From an archaeon (GTDB lineage: Archaea; Iainarchaeota; Iainarchaeia; Iainarchaeales; JANQMZ01), in contig JANQMZ010000007.1 of the NCBI GenBank assembly GCA_028279805.1, positions 720,001-752,000 on the forward strand: 32,000 bases of DNA, given 5' to 3'. Shown here piece by piece: positions 9,809-17,188 of the stretch (position 1 is its first letter; each line of letters opens with the position of its first letter). Both the position numbers and the translations under genes were made by a program. The notes below the pieces were generated by a model that was not told where the DNA came from, ran no database searches, and saw only the letters and a program-made list of their open reading frames with translations.

Positions 9809-10354
9809 ATGGTTTTGCCTGGGGACTATTTGTCTGCAGAGGAAGAGTTTTCACCCAGTTTTAATACTTTTGAAAGGGATGGTTCAATTTTTTCAGCTGT
9901 AGCCGGTGAACCCAATTTTGACAACAATGAAAGAGAGGTTTCAGTCAAAGCTAAAAAAAGTGCAAGGCTTATCAGTCCAAGGTCAATTGTTTTTGGTGTT
10001 ATTTCAAAAGCGGCTGATGATTATGCTTTGGTGAAAATGTTTTACGCTGAAGAATTTAATGAGGAAAGATTTCTTCCAAGAAGCCACGGGCGTTTGCCAA
10101 TTGCAAATGTTGAAAGGGCTTTTGTTAAAAGTGTTAAAGACAAATTCAGGCAAGGCGACATTATTAAAGCAAAAATTGCTTCAATAAAACCATGGGGAAT
10201 TGATTTAAGAACAAATGAAAGGGAATTAGGAGTAATTAAAGCTTTTTCAGTTGAATCAAGAGAACCATTACATTTAATCGGTAACCAATTAAAATGTTTG
10301 TCAACAGGATTATCTGAACAGAGAAAAATTAGTTCAGATTATTTGTTAAAATAA
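9809..10354 (+). CDS. csl4: Exosome complex RNA-binding subunit Csl4
   Basis: The start MVLPGDYLSAEEEF is typical of the Csl4 N-terminal domain. A central S1-like domain follows (GDIIKAKIASIKPWGIDL). The gene sits immediately upstream of rpoL, a conserved archaeal linkage. ATG 9809 is preferred over track start 9641. Confidence 0.8.
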   Translation: MVLPGDYLSAEEEFSPSFNTFERDGSIFSAVAGEPNFDNNEREVSVKAKKSARLISPRSIVFGVISKAADDYALVKMFYAEEFNEERFLPRSHGRLPIANVERAFVKSVKDKFRQGDIIKAKIASIKPWGIDLRTNERELGVIKAFSVESREPLHLIGNQLKCLSTGLSEQRKISSDYLLK

Positions 10355-10360
10355 AGGTGG
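10354..10360 (+). promoter_or_regulatory. Shine-Dalgarno-like site for rpoL
   Basis: AAGGTGG lies 4 nt upstream of ATG 10365 and directly after the csl4 stop. Confidence 0.55.
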
Positions 10361-10364
10361 TTTA

Positions 10365-10637
10365 ATGGAAATTGAAATTTTAAAAAATGAAAAAGATTTG
10401 CTTGAATTTAAAATTGCGGGAGAAAAACACACTTTTCCTGCTTTGTTAAAAAATCAATTATTAAAAGATTCAAAAGTTGAATTTGCTTCTTACAAATTAA
10501 ATCATCCGATGGATAAAAATTCTTTTTTTATTGTTAAAACAAAAGGAAAAACTCCAAAAAAAGCATTAGAAGATGCTGTTAAAAACTTAAATTCTCTTTT
10601 AACTGATTTGAAAAAAAATTTAAAGAAAGCCGCTTAA
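10365..10637 (+). CDS. rpoL: DNA-directed RNA polymerase subunit L (Rpo11)
   Basis: ~90 aa. LEFKIAGEKHTFPALLKNQLLKDSKVEFASYKLNHP matches the RpoL/Rpb11 signature (E-x-H-T-x-x-N-x-L-R...Y...HP). Confidence 0.85.
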   Translation: MEIEILKNEKDLLEFKIAGEKHTFPALLKNQLLKDSKVEFASYKLNHPMDKNSFFIVKTKGKTPKKALEDAVKNLNSLLTDLKKNLKKAA

Positions 10638-10659
10638 CTTATTTTCAGATTTGATTAAA

Positions 10660-11448
10660 ATGGCTTTAAAAAAATTTTTTTCTCTTCTGAAATGGATTGA
10701 CCCTTTTACTTATGTTGACTTGTGGTTAATGCCAAAAATTAATCCCAATAAAAATGAAACAATTTCATGGATTGTTTATTTGATAAGCGCCTTTGTTTTT
10801 GCATTTGTTTTATACAGTTTAATTGGCCTGCTTTTGTCAACGCCAGCCCCAATGGTTATTGTTGTAAGCAACAGCATGACTCCAGAACTGCACCGGGGTG
10901 ACATTGTAATTGTGCAGGGCGTATCCCCAGAAAATATTTCAGGGGATGAAGTTGAATTAAGCTTTAATTCTCTTCAGGGCATTCCGTCTTCAAATTATTT
11001 GCTAACAATGTGCTCTGAAAAAAATTCACAAAACCTGATTAATTGTAATTCTTTTAAAAACCAGGTTTTGCAAAACAAACAATTTTCAGTTGATTCTTTT
11101 GACACAAGGCAAATTATTTTTTCAGACGGACAGGAGTTAAATTTGAACAAAAAAGGGGATATAATTGTTTATTTTTCTGATTTGCAGCAAAAACCAATTA
11201 TTCACAGAATTGTTGCAAAATTAAAAGTTAAGGACGGTTTTTATGCTTTAACAAAAGGTGATTCTGAATATAATCCTTTGATTGACCAGGAAGCAGGCAT
11301 AACTTCCTCGGCAATAAGACTTGACAGCATTACCGGAAAAGCAGTTGCAAAAATCCCTTTGCTTGGCTTTGTCAAATTAATTATTTTTGACGATTTAACC
11401 TGTTTTGTTTTTGGCCCTCCTTCAGGGCAAAAATGTGTTTTTCCTTAA
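10660..11448 (+). CDS. Signal peptidase I, archaeal/SEC11 type (S26B), with a large internal insertion
   Basis: Has an N-terminal TM helix, the catalytic Ser box VVSNSMTPELHRGDIVIV, the His box KPIIHRIV, TKGDSEYNPLID, and the C-terminal GKAVAKIPLLGFV. Confidence 0.8.
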   Translation: MALKKFFSLLKWIDPFTYVDLWLMPKINPNKNETISWIVYLISAFVFAFVLYSLIGLLLSTPAPMVIVVSNSMTPELHRGDIVIVQGVSPENISGDEVELSFNSLQGIPSSNYLLTMCSEKNSQNLINCNSFKNQVLQNKQFSVDSFDTRQIIFSDGQELNLNKKGDIIVYFSDLQQKPIIHRIVAKLKVKDGFYALTKGDSEYNPLIDQEAGITSSAIRLDSITGKAVAKIPLLGFVKLIIFDDLTCFVFGPPSGQKCVFP

Positions 11449-11481
11449 GGTTTAATATTTGTTTTCATTCATTTTTTGTTA

Positions 11482-11793
11482 ATGTCAGATGAAGATTTTG
11501 CCCAGGAAATAATTTTGGAAAATTTTACAGGCTTGGAAAAAAAAGTTTCAGTTATAGGCGTTTTAAAAGAATTAAACAAAGAATCTTTAAAAGCAAAACT
11601 AACCGGTAAAACCAAATCTTTAAACCTGGAATTTGAAGAAAAAGAACAGTTAAAAAATTTGAAAAATGATGACACTTTAAGGGTTATTGGCGTGCCAAAA
11701 GAATCTTTGTCTTTGAAAGTTGAAACCGTACATGAATTAAAAGATTTTGATTTTCAATTATTTGAAAAAGTGAGAAAAGCAGAGGGAAAATAA
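11482..11793 (+). CDS. Small uncharacterised protein, possibly OB-fold (RPA3/Ten1-like pattern)
   Basis: The 103-aa ORF has the pattern KKVSVIGVLKEL...LTGKTKSLNLEF...LKNDDTLRVIGVP, resembling a minimal OB barrel. Its stop overlaps the PCNA1 start (TAATG at 11791-11795). The assignment rests on pattern only. Confidence 0.45.
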   Translation: MSDEDFAQEIILENFTGLEKKVSVIGVLKELNKESLKAKLTGKTKSLNLEFEEKEQLKNLKNDDTLRVIGVPKESLSLKVETVHELKDFDFQLFEKVRKAEGK

Positions 11794-12539
11794 TGGAATT
11801 AGTTTTGGAAAACTCAAATGATTTTAAAAAAAGCATTGATTCTATTGCTGTTTTAATAGATGAAGCCGAATTTTTGGTTACACAAAACGGGTTGGAATTA
11901 AAAGCAACTGACCCAAGCCAGATTAGCCTGATTGATTTTAATTTGTCAAAAAAATCGTTTAAAAAGTTTGACTTAAAAGAAGATTTGACAATTGGCCTGG
12001 ATTTGGATTATTTTGGAAAAATTATGTCAAGAGCCAATGCTAGCGATGAACTTGTTTTAAAACTGGATGACCAGAAAACAAATTTGCTTGTTGAATTTAA
12101 GGATTCTTCAATGAGAAGTTTTTCAATTCCTTTGATTGATGTTTCAAAATCCAAAACTCCTGAACCAAAAATTGAATTTGATGCTGCAATTGAATTAAAT
12201 GCAAGCGTTTTACAGGACGCCTTAAAAGACGCTGAACTTATTTCAACACATGTTACTGTTGGTGTTAATGAAAAAGAATTTTTTCTTAAAACAAAGTCAA
12301 GCAGGGGCACTTTGGACAATGTTACAGCTAAAAACAGCAAAAATGTTTCCAAGTTTGATGTTAAAAAACAATGCAAAAGCATGTTTCCTCTTGATTATTT
12401 AAGGGACATGTTCAAAAATGCATCCTCAGATTCAAATGTTTTAATTGAATTGGGGGAAAATGCTCCTGTTCGCATTTCTTATTCAATCGGTTCTGCAAAT
12501 CTGAGTTATTTTTTGGCTCCACGCATTGAAAACGATTAA
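11793..12539 (+). CDS. pcn: DNA polymerase sliding clamp PCNA, paralogue 1
   Basis: ~248 aa. FKKSIDSIAVLIDEAEF...LELKATDPSQISLIDF...FSIPLID...VLQDALKDA...MFPLDYL..., with the canonical C-terminus YFLAPRIEND. Confidence 0.9.
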   Translation: MELVLENSNDFKKSIDSIAVLIDEAEFLVTQNGLELKATDPSQISLIDFNLSKKSFKKFDLKEDLTIGLDLDYFGKIMSRANASDELVLKLDDQKTNLLVEFKDSSMRSFSIPLIDVSKSKTPEPKIEFDAAIELNASVLQDALKDAELISTHVTVGVNEKEFFLKTKSSRGTLDNVTAKNSKNVSKFDVKKQCKSMFPLDYLRDMFKNASSDSNVLIELGENAPVRISYSIGSANLSYFLAPRIEND

Positions 12540-12565
12540 AAACTCTTGTTAGTTTTATTTTTTTC

Positions 12566-13297
12566 ATGGGGGAAACAATTAAACTCAAAAATGTCAGATT
12601 GATTCAGAGGGCAATCAGGGCTATTGCTGCTTTTGTTCCTGAAGGCAATTTCAGGTTTAATTCTGACGGCATTTCTTTCAGGGCAATGGATCCCAGCCAG
12701 ATTGTAATGGTTAATTATAATATTCCTGTAAAATTTTTTGACAAATTTAATGTTGAACCAAATTTTGTGGGCATTGACTTGGATGAATTTAACAAGGTTA
12801 TGAAACGGGCATTGCCAAACGATTCAATGACTTTGAATTTGAATGATTCAAATGTTTTGGTTGAATTTTCAAATGAAATTAAAAGAACTTTTAACCTGTC
12901 TTTAATAAGTGTTTCAGGTGAAGAACCTGATTTGCCGAAACAGTCTTTTGATGCTAAAATTGAATTAAAAGCCCGGGTTTTACAGGAAGCTTTAAAGGAT
13001 GCCATTTTGTTTGGAAGCAGTGTTATTTTTAATGTTAAAAAAGGCAAATTTTTAATTGAGGCAAAAGGAAGCCAGGGCAACCTCAATTCTGAGGCTTTGC
13101 CCTCCAAAAATGTTAAAATTTCAACAAAAAAAGACATTAAAAGTAAGTATTCGTTAAATTTTTTGGAAAACATTGTAAAAGAAGCTAATCCTGATGAAAA
13201 TATTGTGCTTGAATTAAAAAATGAGTCGCCAATGCGCATTGTTTATCCTATTGACGGCACAAGCATTGAGTTTTATTTAGCTCACATGATTTTATAG
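12566..13297 (+). CDS. pcn: DNA polymerase sliding clamp PCNA, paralogue 2 (divergent)
   Basis: ~243 aa and collinear with paralogue 1 (ISFRAMDPSQIVMVNY, LVEF, KIELKARVLQEALKDA, SLNFLENI). The C-terminus is non-canonical (FYLAHMIL). Confidence 0.85.
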   Translation: MGETIKLKNVRLIQRAIRAIAAFVPEGNFRFNSDGISFRAMDPSQIVMVNYNIPVKFFDKFNVEPNFVGIDLDEFNKVMKRALPNDSMTLNLNDSNVLVEFSNEIKRTFNLSLISVSGEEPDLPKQSFDAKIELKARVLQEALKDAILFGSSVIFNVKKGKFLIEAKGSQGNLNSEALPSKNVKISTKKDIKSKYSLNFLENIVKEANPDENIVLELKNESPMRIVYPIDGTSIEFYLAHMIL

Positions 13298-13346
13298 GAA
13301 TTTTACTCTAATTCTTTTTTAACGCTTATCATAGCCTAATTATTTT

Positions 13347-14387
13347 ATGTTTTCAGAAACAGAATTAGAATTTGCACAAAAATATCCTTTTTCAAATACA
13401 GCCAAAAAAATAATAAAAAAAGAAGATTTGGACCTGGAAAACTTGCCTGAAAGCATAAAACAGGCCGCCAAAATAAAAATAGGGCATGCTTTTTCCCAGA
13501 CATCTTACACTCCAAAAATTATTGGCCACAAAGATTCTTTAAAAGATGAAATTCTTGCATTTCCGCTGGCAAAAATTTTAATATCATTCATGCCGGATTC
13601 ATTGTTTGACAAATTTGCATCAAGTGTCAGAGAAACAACAAAAAATTATTTACAGGAAGAATCCGTTTCAGGAAAAGAAAAAAAAAGCCTTGAACCATTG
13701 CTTGACCTGGCACAGGATTTAAATTTAAAAGTTTCAATTGAAGATGAAAAAATTTTATCAATAAATGTTACAGATTTTCTTGACTTTGTTCCGGACAAAA
13801 AAGATTTAAAACTTGTAAACCAGCAGGTTGAAAATGGAAAAATTTTTTTAACATTAAACGATTTTATTGATTTTTTGTCAGAAAAATCTTTTCACCTTGT
13901 TTTGGAGTCGTTGCCGGTTGACATAAAACAAATTCCTCTGGAATTAAAAAAATTGTCAAAAGAAATTTATTCAGAATTACAGCCAAAATTTGTCAAAAAA
14001 CATTTTAAAAACACCGGGAAAATCAAGCCGGAATTGTTTCCCGACTGCATGCAAAACATTTATTCACAGTTAATGTCAGGAAAAAATGTTTCACATTTTG
14101 GAAGGTTTGCAATTGCAACTTTTTTGAATCAAATCGGAATGCCTAAAGAAAATATTGTTCAAATGTTTTCAAAAACTCCCAACTGGAATGAGAAAACCAC
14201 GCGTTATCAGGTTGAAATGCTTTCAGGAAAATCCGGAACAGAATATAATGCTCCGGCGTGTGACAAAATGCGTTCAGCCGGTTTTTGCACAAAAACACAT
14301 TGCAATGAAAAACATCCTGTCACATATTATTTTAACCAGCTAAAAAAAACATCAAAAAAAGAGGGTTTTAATGACAAAAGAAGCTGA
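13347..14387 (+). CDS. priL: DNA primase large subunit PriL
   Basis: Has four Fe-S Cys in the expected arrangement (FPDCMQNIY ... APACDKMRSAGFCTKTHC) and RFAIATFL. It lies immediately upstream of priS and overlaps it. Confidence 0.85.
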   Translation: MFSETELEFAQKYPFSNTAKKIIKKEDLDLENLPESIKQAAKIKIGHAFSQTSYTPKIIGHKDSLKDEILAFPLAKILISFMPDSLFDKFASSVRETTKNYLQEESVSGKEKKSLEPLLDLAQDLNLKVSIEDEKILSINVTDFLDFVPDKKDLKLVNQQVENGKIFLTLNDFIDFLSEKSFHLVLESLPVDIKQIPLELKKLSKEIYSELQPKFVKKHFKNTGKIKPELFPDCMQNIYSQLMSGKNVSHFGRFAIATFLNQIGMPKENIVQMFSKTPNWNEKTTRYQVEMLSGKSGTEYNAPACDKMRSAGFCTKTHCNEKHPVTYYFNQLKKTSKKEGFNDKRS

Positions 14388-15498
14388 TTTTTTAAAACAA
14401 AAGTTTTCAGAATATTATTCAAAAAATTCTGTAAATTATCCGTCTGAACCTGAAAAAAGAGAATTTGGTGTCGGAGATTTCGGAAAAAAAATTGTTAAAA
14501 GGCACATGAGTTTTTCCTCTTTAAAAAATTTTAACCAGTTTTTACAGACAAAAGCTCCTTTGTATGTTTCAGCTTCAAATGCTTATTATCTGTATCCTGA
14601 CAAAAGGCCGATGGAAGCAAAAGAATTTGTTGGTGCTGATTTAATTTATGAATTTGATGCTGAAAAAGACAAAAACGGATGGATTTCCGCTCAAGCTGTT
14701 GAAGAAACAAAAAAACAAGCATTAAAATTAATTAAAATTCTGGAAAACGAGTTGGGGTTTGAAGAGGGAATTGAAATTAATTTTTCAGGCAATGCAGGTT
14801 ACCATGTTTATGTGCGTTCCGATAAAATTAATGGAATTCCCCAGAAAGGAAGATTGGAAATTGTTGACTATTTAACACTTGAAGGATTTGACCCTGCATT
14901 CAACGGTTTTTTTATGGATAAAAAAATGTTTTATTGTCCAAAAAAAGAAAATGTTAAAGGTTTAACCAGAAGATTTTTGATTTTTTTGCAAAATTTTGTT
15001 GAAGAAAAACCGGTGGATGAAATTGCAGGATTTGGCGGAGTCAGAATTCCAACAATTGAAAAAATTTTTAATGACAGAAAAAAAATAATTGAAAAAATGA
15101 ATTCAGGAATTTTAATGCCTGTGACAAGCAATGCTAAAAGAAACAAAAAATTCTGGACAGCTTTAATTGAACATGCAAAAGATGAATTATCCTTAAACAT
15201 TGACAGGCAGACTTCAATTGATTTAAAAAAAATTGTCCGGGTTCCAAACACTTTGCATGGTTCAACAGGCTTGCTTGCCAAAACATTTTCCCCTGAAAAA
15301 GCCAAAGAATTTGACCCTTTTACCGATTCTGTGGTGTTTTCCGATGCTCCTGTGAACGTTTTGATTAAAAATGTTCCCCAATTTAAATTAAAACAGCAGA
15401 GCTTTGGTCCTTTTAAAAAAGAGGAAAAGGCTTTGCCGGAATTTGCGGCAATATTTTTAATTGCAAAAGGAAAAGCCGAGTTGATTGATAAAAAATGA
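14371..15498 (+). CDS. priS: DNA primase small (catalytic) subunit PriS
   Basis: Has the acidic motif ADLIYEFDAEKD, motif II FSGNAGYHVYV and motif III DRQTSIDLKKIVRVPNTLHGSTG. It overlaps priL by 17 nt and the next gene by ATGA. Confidence 0.9.
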   Translation: MTKEADFLKQKFSEYYSKNSVNYPSEPEKREFGVGDFGKKIVKRHMSFSSLKNFNQFLQTKAPLYVSASNAYYLYPDKRPMEAKEFVGADLIYEFDAEKDKNGWISAQAVEETKKQALKLIKILENELGFEEGIEINFSGNAGYHVYVRSDKINGIPQKGRLEIVDYLTLEGFDPAFNGFFMDKKMFYCPKKENVKGLTRRFLIFLQNFVEEKPVDEIAGFGGVRIPTIEKIFNDRKKIIEKMNSGILMPVTSNAKRNKKFWTALIEHAKDELSLNIDRQTSIDLKKIVRVPNTLHGSTGLLAKTFSPEKAKEFDPFTDSVVFSDAPVNVLIKNVPQFKLKQQSFGPFKKEEKALPEFAAIFLIAKGKAELIDKK

Positions 15499-16046
15499 AA
15501 ATAGATTATTCCGAGTTAAGAAAAATTTACAGAATTGAAAAAAATACATCCAAGCTTGTTGATGTGGATGAAAATTTTTTTTCTTCAGCTGAAGAATTTT
15601 TTAAAAAAGAAAAAGAAAAATATCTGGAAAGTTTAAAAGAACCTGATTCATCCAAAACAAGAGATTTTGAAAATTTGCAAAGACTTGTGAAAGATTTGTT
15701 TGATTTAAGAGAAAAAAAACTGTTAAACAAGGCTTTAATTTCTTCACGCACAAATGAAACAAATTTAAACGGATTGTCTTCCGAAGAAAAAAAAACTTTT
15801 GAAAAAATTTCAAATGTTTTGGAAGAGCATAAAAAGTTTTTAGGTGAGCTTTTTGAAAACAACAAAAAATCGGAAAAATCTTTTGAAAAAAAATCAAAAA
15901 CTTTTATTAAAATTGTAAAAGATGTTCCTGCTTTTGTCGGTTCAGACATGAAACAGTACGGACCTTTTGATGAGGGAAAAGAAATTGAACTGGCTGACAA
16001 AACAGCTTCATTACTTTTAAAAAGAGGTTTGGCTGAAAAAATTTAA
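15495..16046 (+). CDS. GINS complex subunit (Gins51/Gins15 type)
   Basis: N-terminal helical pattern (LRKIYRIEKNTSKLVDVDENFFSSAEEF...LREKKLLNKAL). LSSEEKKTFEKI. C-terminal B-domain-like IKIVKDVPAFVGSDMKQYGPFDEGKEIELADKTASLLLKRGLAE. Its position next to priS is a known archaeal linkage. Confidence 0.7.
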   Translation: MKIDYSELRKIYRIEKNTSKLVDVDENFFSSAEEFFKKEKEKYLESLKEPDSSKTRDFENLQRLVKDLFDLREKKLLNKALISSRTNETNLNGLSSEEKKTFEKISNVLEEHKKFLGELFENNKKSEKSFEKKSKTFIKIVKDVPAFVGSDMKQYGPFDEGKEIELADKTASLLLKRGLAEKI

Positions 16047-16052
16047 AGGTGA
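16047..16052 (+). promoter_or_regulatory. Shine-Dalgarno site for rps27e
   Basis: AGGTGA lies 5 nt upstream of ATG 16058, directly after the GINS stop. Confidence 0.6.
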
Positions 16053-16057
16053 TTTTT

Positions 16058-16297
16058 ATGAGTGAAAATTTTGCAGGCTATGATTTGAAAAAACTTGTTC
16101 CAAAACCAAAAACCGGTTTTAAAAAAGCAAAATGTTCAAGTTGTGGTAATGCTCAGTTTTTTTTTACAGCATCCGCTTCTAAAACAAAATGCTTAAAATG
16201 CGGCAAGCCTTTTGCCAAAAGCACAGCTTCAAAAACAATGCTTTTGGGAAAATCAAAGCCTGAAACAAAAACTGTTGAAAAAGAAAAAAAAGAATAA
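16058..16297 (+). CDS. rps27e: 30S ribosomal protein S27e
   Basis: Has the C4 zinc ribbon KCSSCGNAQFFFTASASKTKCLKCGKPFAKST with S27e spacing. It lies immediately upstream of aIF2-alpha, a conserved archaeal pair. Confidence 0.8.
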   Translation: MSENFAGYDLKKLVPKPKTGFKKAKCSSCGNAQFFFTASASKTKCLKCGKPFAKSTASKTMLLGKSKPETKTVEKEKKE

Positions 16298-16302
16298 GGT
16301 GA
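16297..16302 (+). promoter_or_regulatory. Shine-Dalgarno site for aIF2-alpha
   Basis: AGGTGA lies 6 nt upstream of TTG 16309. The geometry matches the rps27e site, which supports the TTG start over ATG 16321. Confidence 0.5.
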
Positions 16303-16308
16303 TTTGAA

Positions 16309-17082
16309 TTGGATGAAAACATGCCTCAGGTCGGAGAAGTTGTTGTTGTACGTGTCACCAAAGTTTTAAATTACGGGGCTTTTTGTGATTTGGCAGAATA
16401 TGATAATGTTGCCGGATTTGTTCACAGTTCACAGGCGGCAAGCAGATGGGTTAAAAATATCAGAAATTTTGTTAAAGAAAACCAGATGCGGGCGGCAAAA
16501 GTTTTAAGCATTAATTCTGAAAAAAAACAGGTTGATTTGTCTTTAAACAGGGTTTCAAGCCAGGCTGAAAAGGAAAGAATTCAGCAATGGAAACAGTTTA
16601 AAAGGCAGAAAAAATTGTTAGAGGTTTTGGCTAAAAGAACAAAAAAATCCTTTGACCTGGTTTGGGATGAAATTGCTGAACCTTTAATTTCAGAATATGG
16701 TTCTTTAAATGATGCTTTTAGGGCTATTTCAATTGAAGGTGAAAAGGCAGCTAAAAACATTAATTCCAAATGGTTAAAGGATTTGATTGCAATTGTTAAG
16801 GAAAATGTTACTGTTCCCCAAAAAACAATTAAAGGCGTTTTATCTTTACAGTCTTTTAAGTCAAATGGCGTTGAAACAGTTAAAAAAGTGTTAAAAGATG
16901 CTTTGACGGCGGGAAAAGAAGCAAAAGTTGAAATTTATTATCTTGGTTCGGGAACTTATATGGTTAAAGTAACAGCATTTGATTATAAGACAAGTGAACG
17001 AATTTTAAAAAATGTGATTGACACTGCCCTTGAAAGCATTAAGGTTTCTGGGGGAAAAGGTTCTTTTGAACGTTCAAATTAA
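16309..17082 (+). CDS. eif2a: Translation initiation factor aIF2 alpha subunit
   Basis: Has an N-terminal S1 domain (PQVGEVVVVRVTKVLNYGAFCDLAEYDNVAGFVHSSQ), a helical middle and an alpha-beta C-domain. Length is ~257 aa. Confidence 0.9.
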   Translation: MDENMPQVGEVVVVRVTKVLNYGAFCDLAEYDNVAGFVHSSQAASRWVKNIRNFVKENQMRAAKVLSINSEKKQVDLSLNRVSSQAEKERIQQWKQFKRQKKLLEVLAKRTKKSFDLVWDEIAEPLISEYGSLNDAFRAISIEGEKAAKNINSKWLKDLIAIVKENVTVPQKTIKGVLSLQSFKSNGVETVKKVLKDALTAGKEAKVEIYYLGSGTYMVKVTAFDYKTSERILKNVIDTALESIKVSGGKGSFERSN

Positions 17083-17188
17083 TGCCCATTCCGGACCTTT
17101 TTAAATTTATTTAAAAAACGTTTAGAGTTTTTTAAAGCTTTAAAATTGCGAAGCATTTTAAATCTATTGAACAAAAAATTGCTTTGCT

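Noticed and set aside
10014-10050. C/D-box sRNA-like elements (CTGATGA ... CTGA). Similar TGATGA hits occur at ~27465, ~11644 and ~20707.
   Set aside because: All lie inside well-supported coding regions. The box spacing (~30 nt) is too short for C/D'/C'/D architecture. No terminal pairing or matching D box lies at the right distance, and TGATGA is expected by chance in AT-rich coding DNA.
12715-13239. Long antisense ORFs opposite real genes. Examples: 174 aa opposite PCNA2, 157 aa at 15527-16000 opposite GINS, 136 aa at 462-872, 150 aa at 26074-26526, and 124 aa at 12008-12382 and 14931-15305.
   Set aside because: Their products are low-complexity S/F/L/K-rich strings with no motifs. They lie opposite strongly supported conserved genes. 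In K/E/N-rich genes with few Tyr/His/Gln codons, the shifted antisense frame is expected to be stop-poor.
17083-17188. Expected Nop10 gene or a small RNA in the gap after aIF2-alpha.
   Set aside because: 106 nt is too short for Nop10 (~55-60 aa). The only ORF is ~10 codons. The sequence is AT-rich with repeated TTTAAA elements consistent with a terminator/promoter region for the PAC2 gene, and it has no GC-rich helices.
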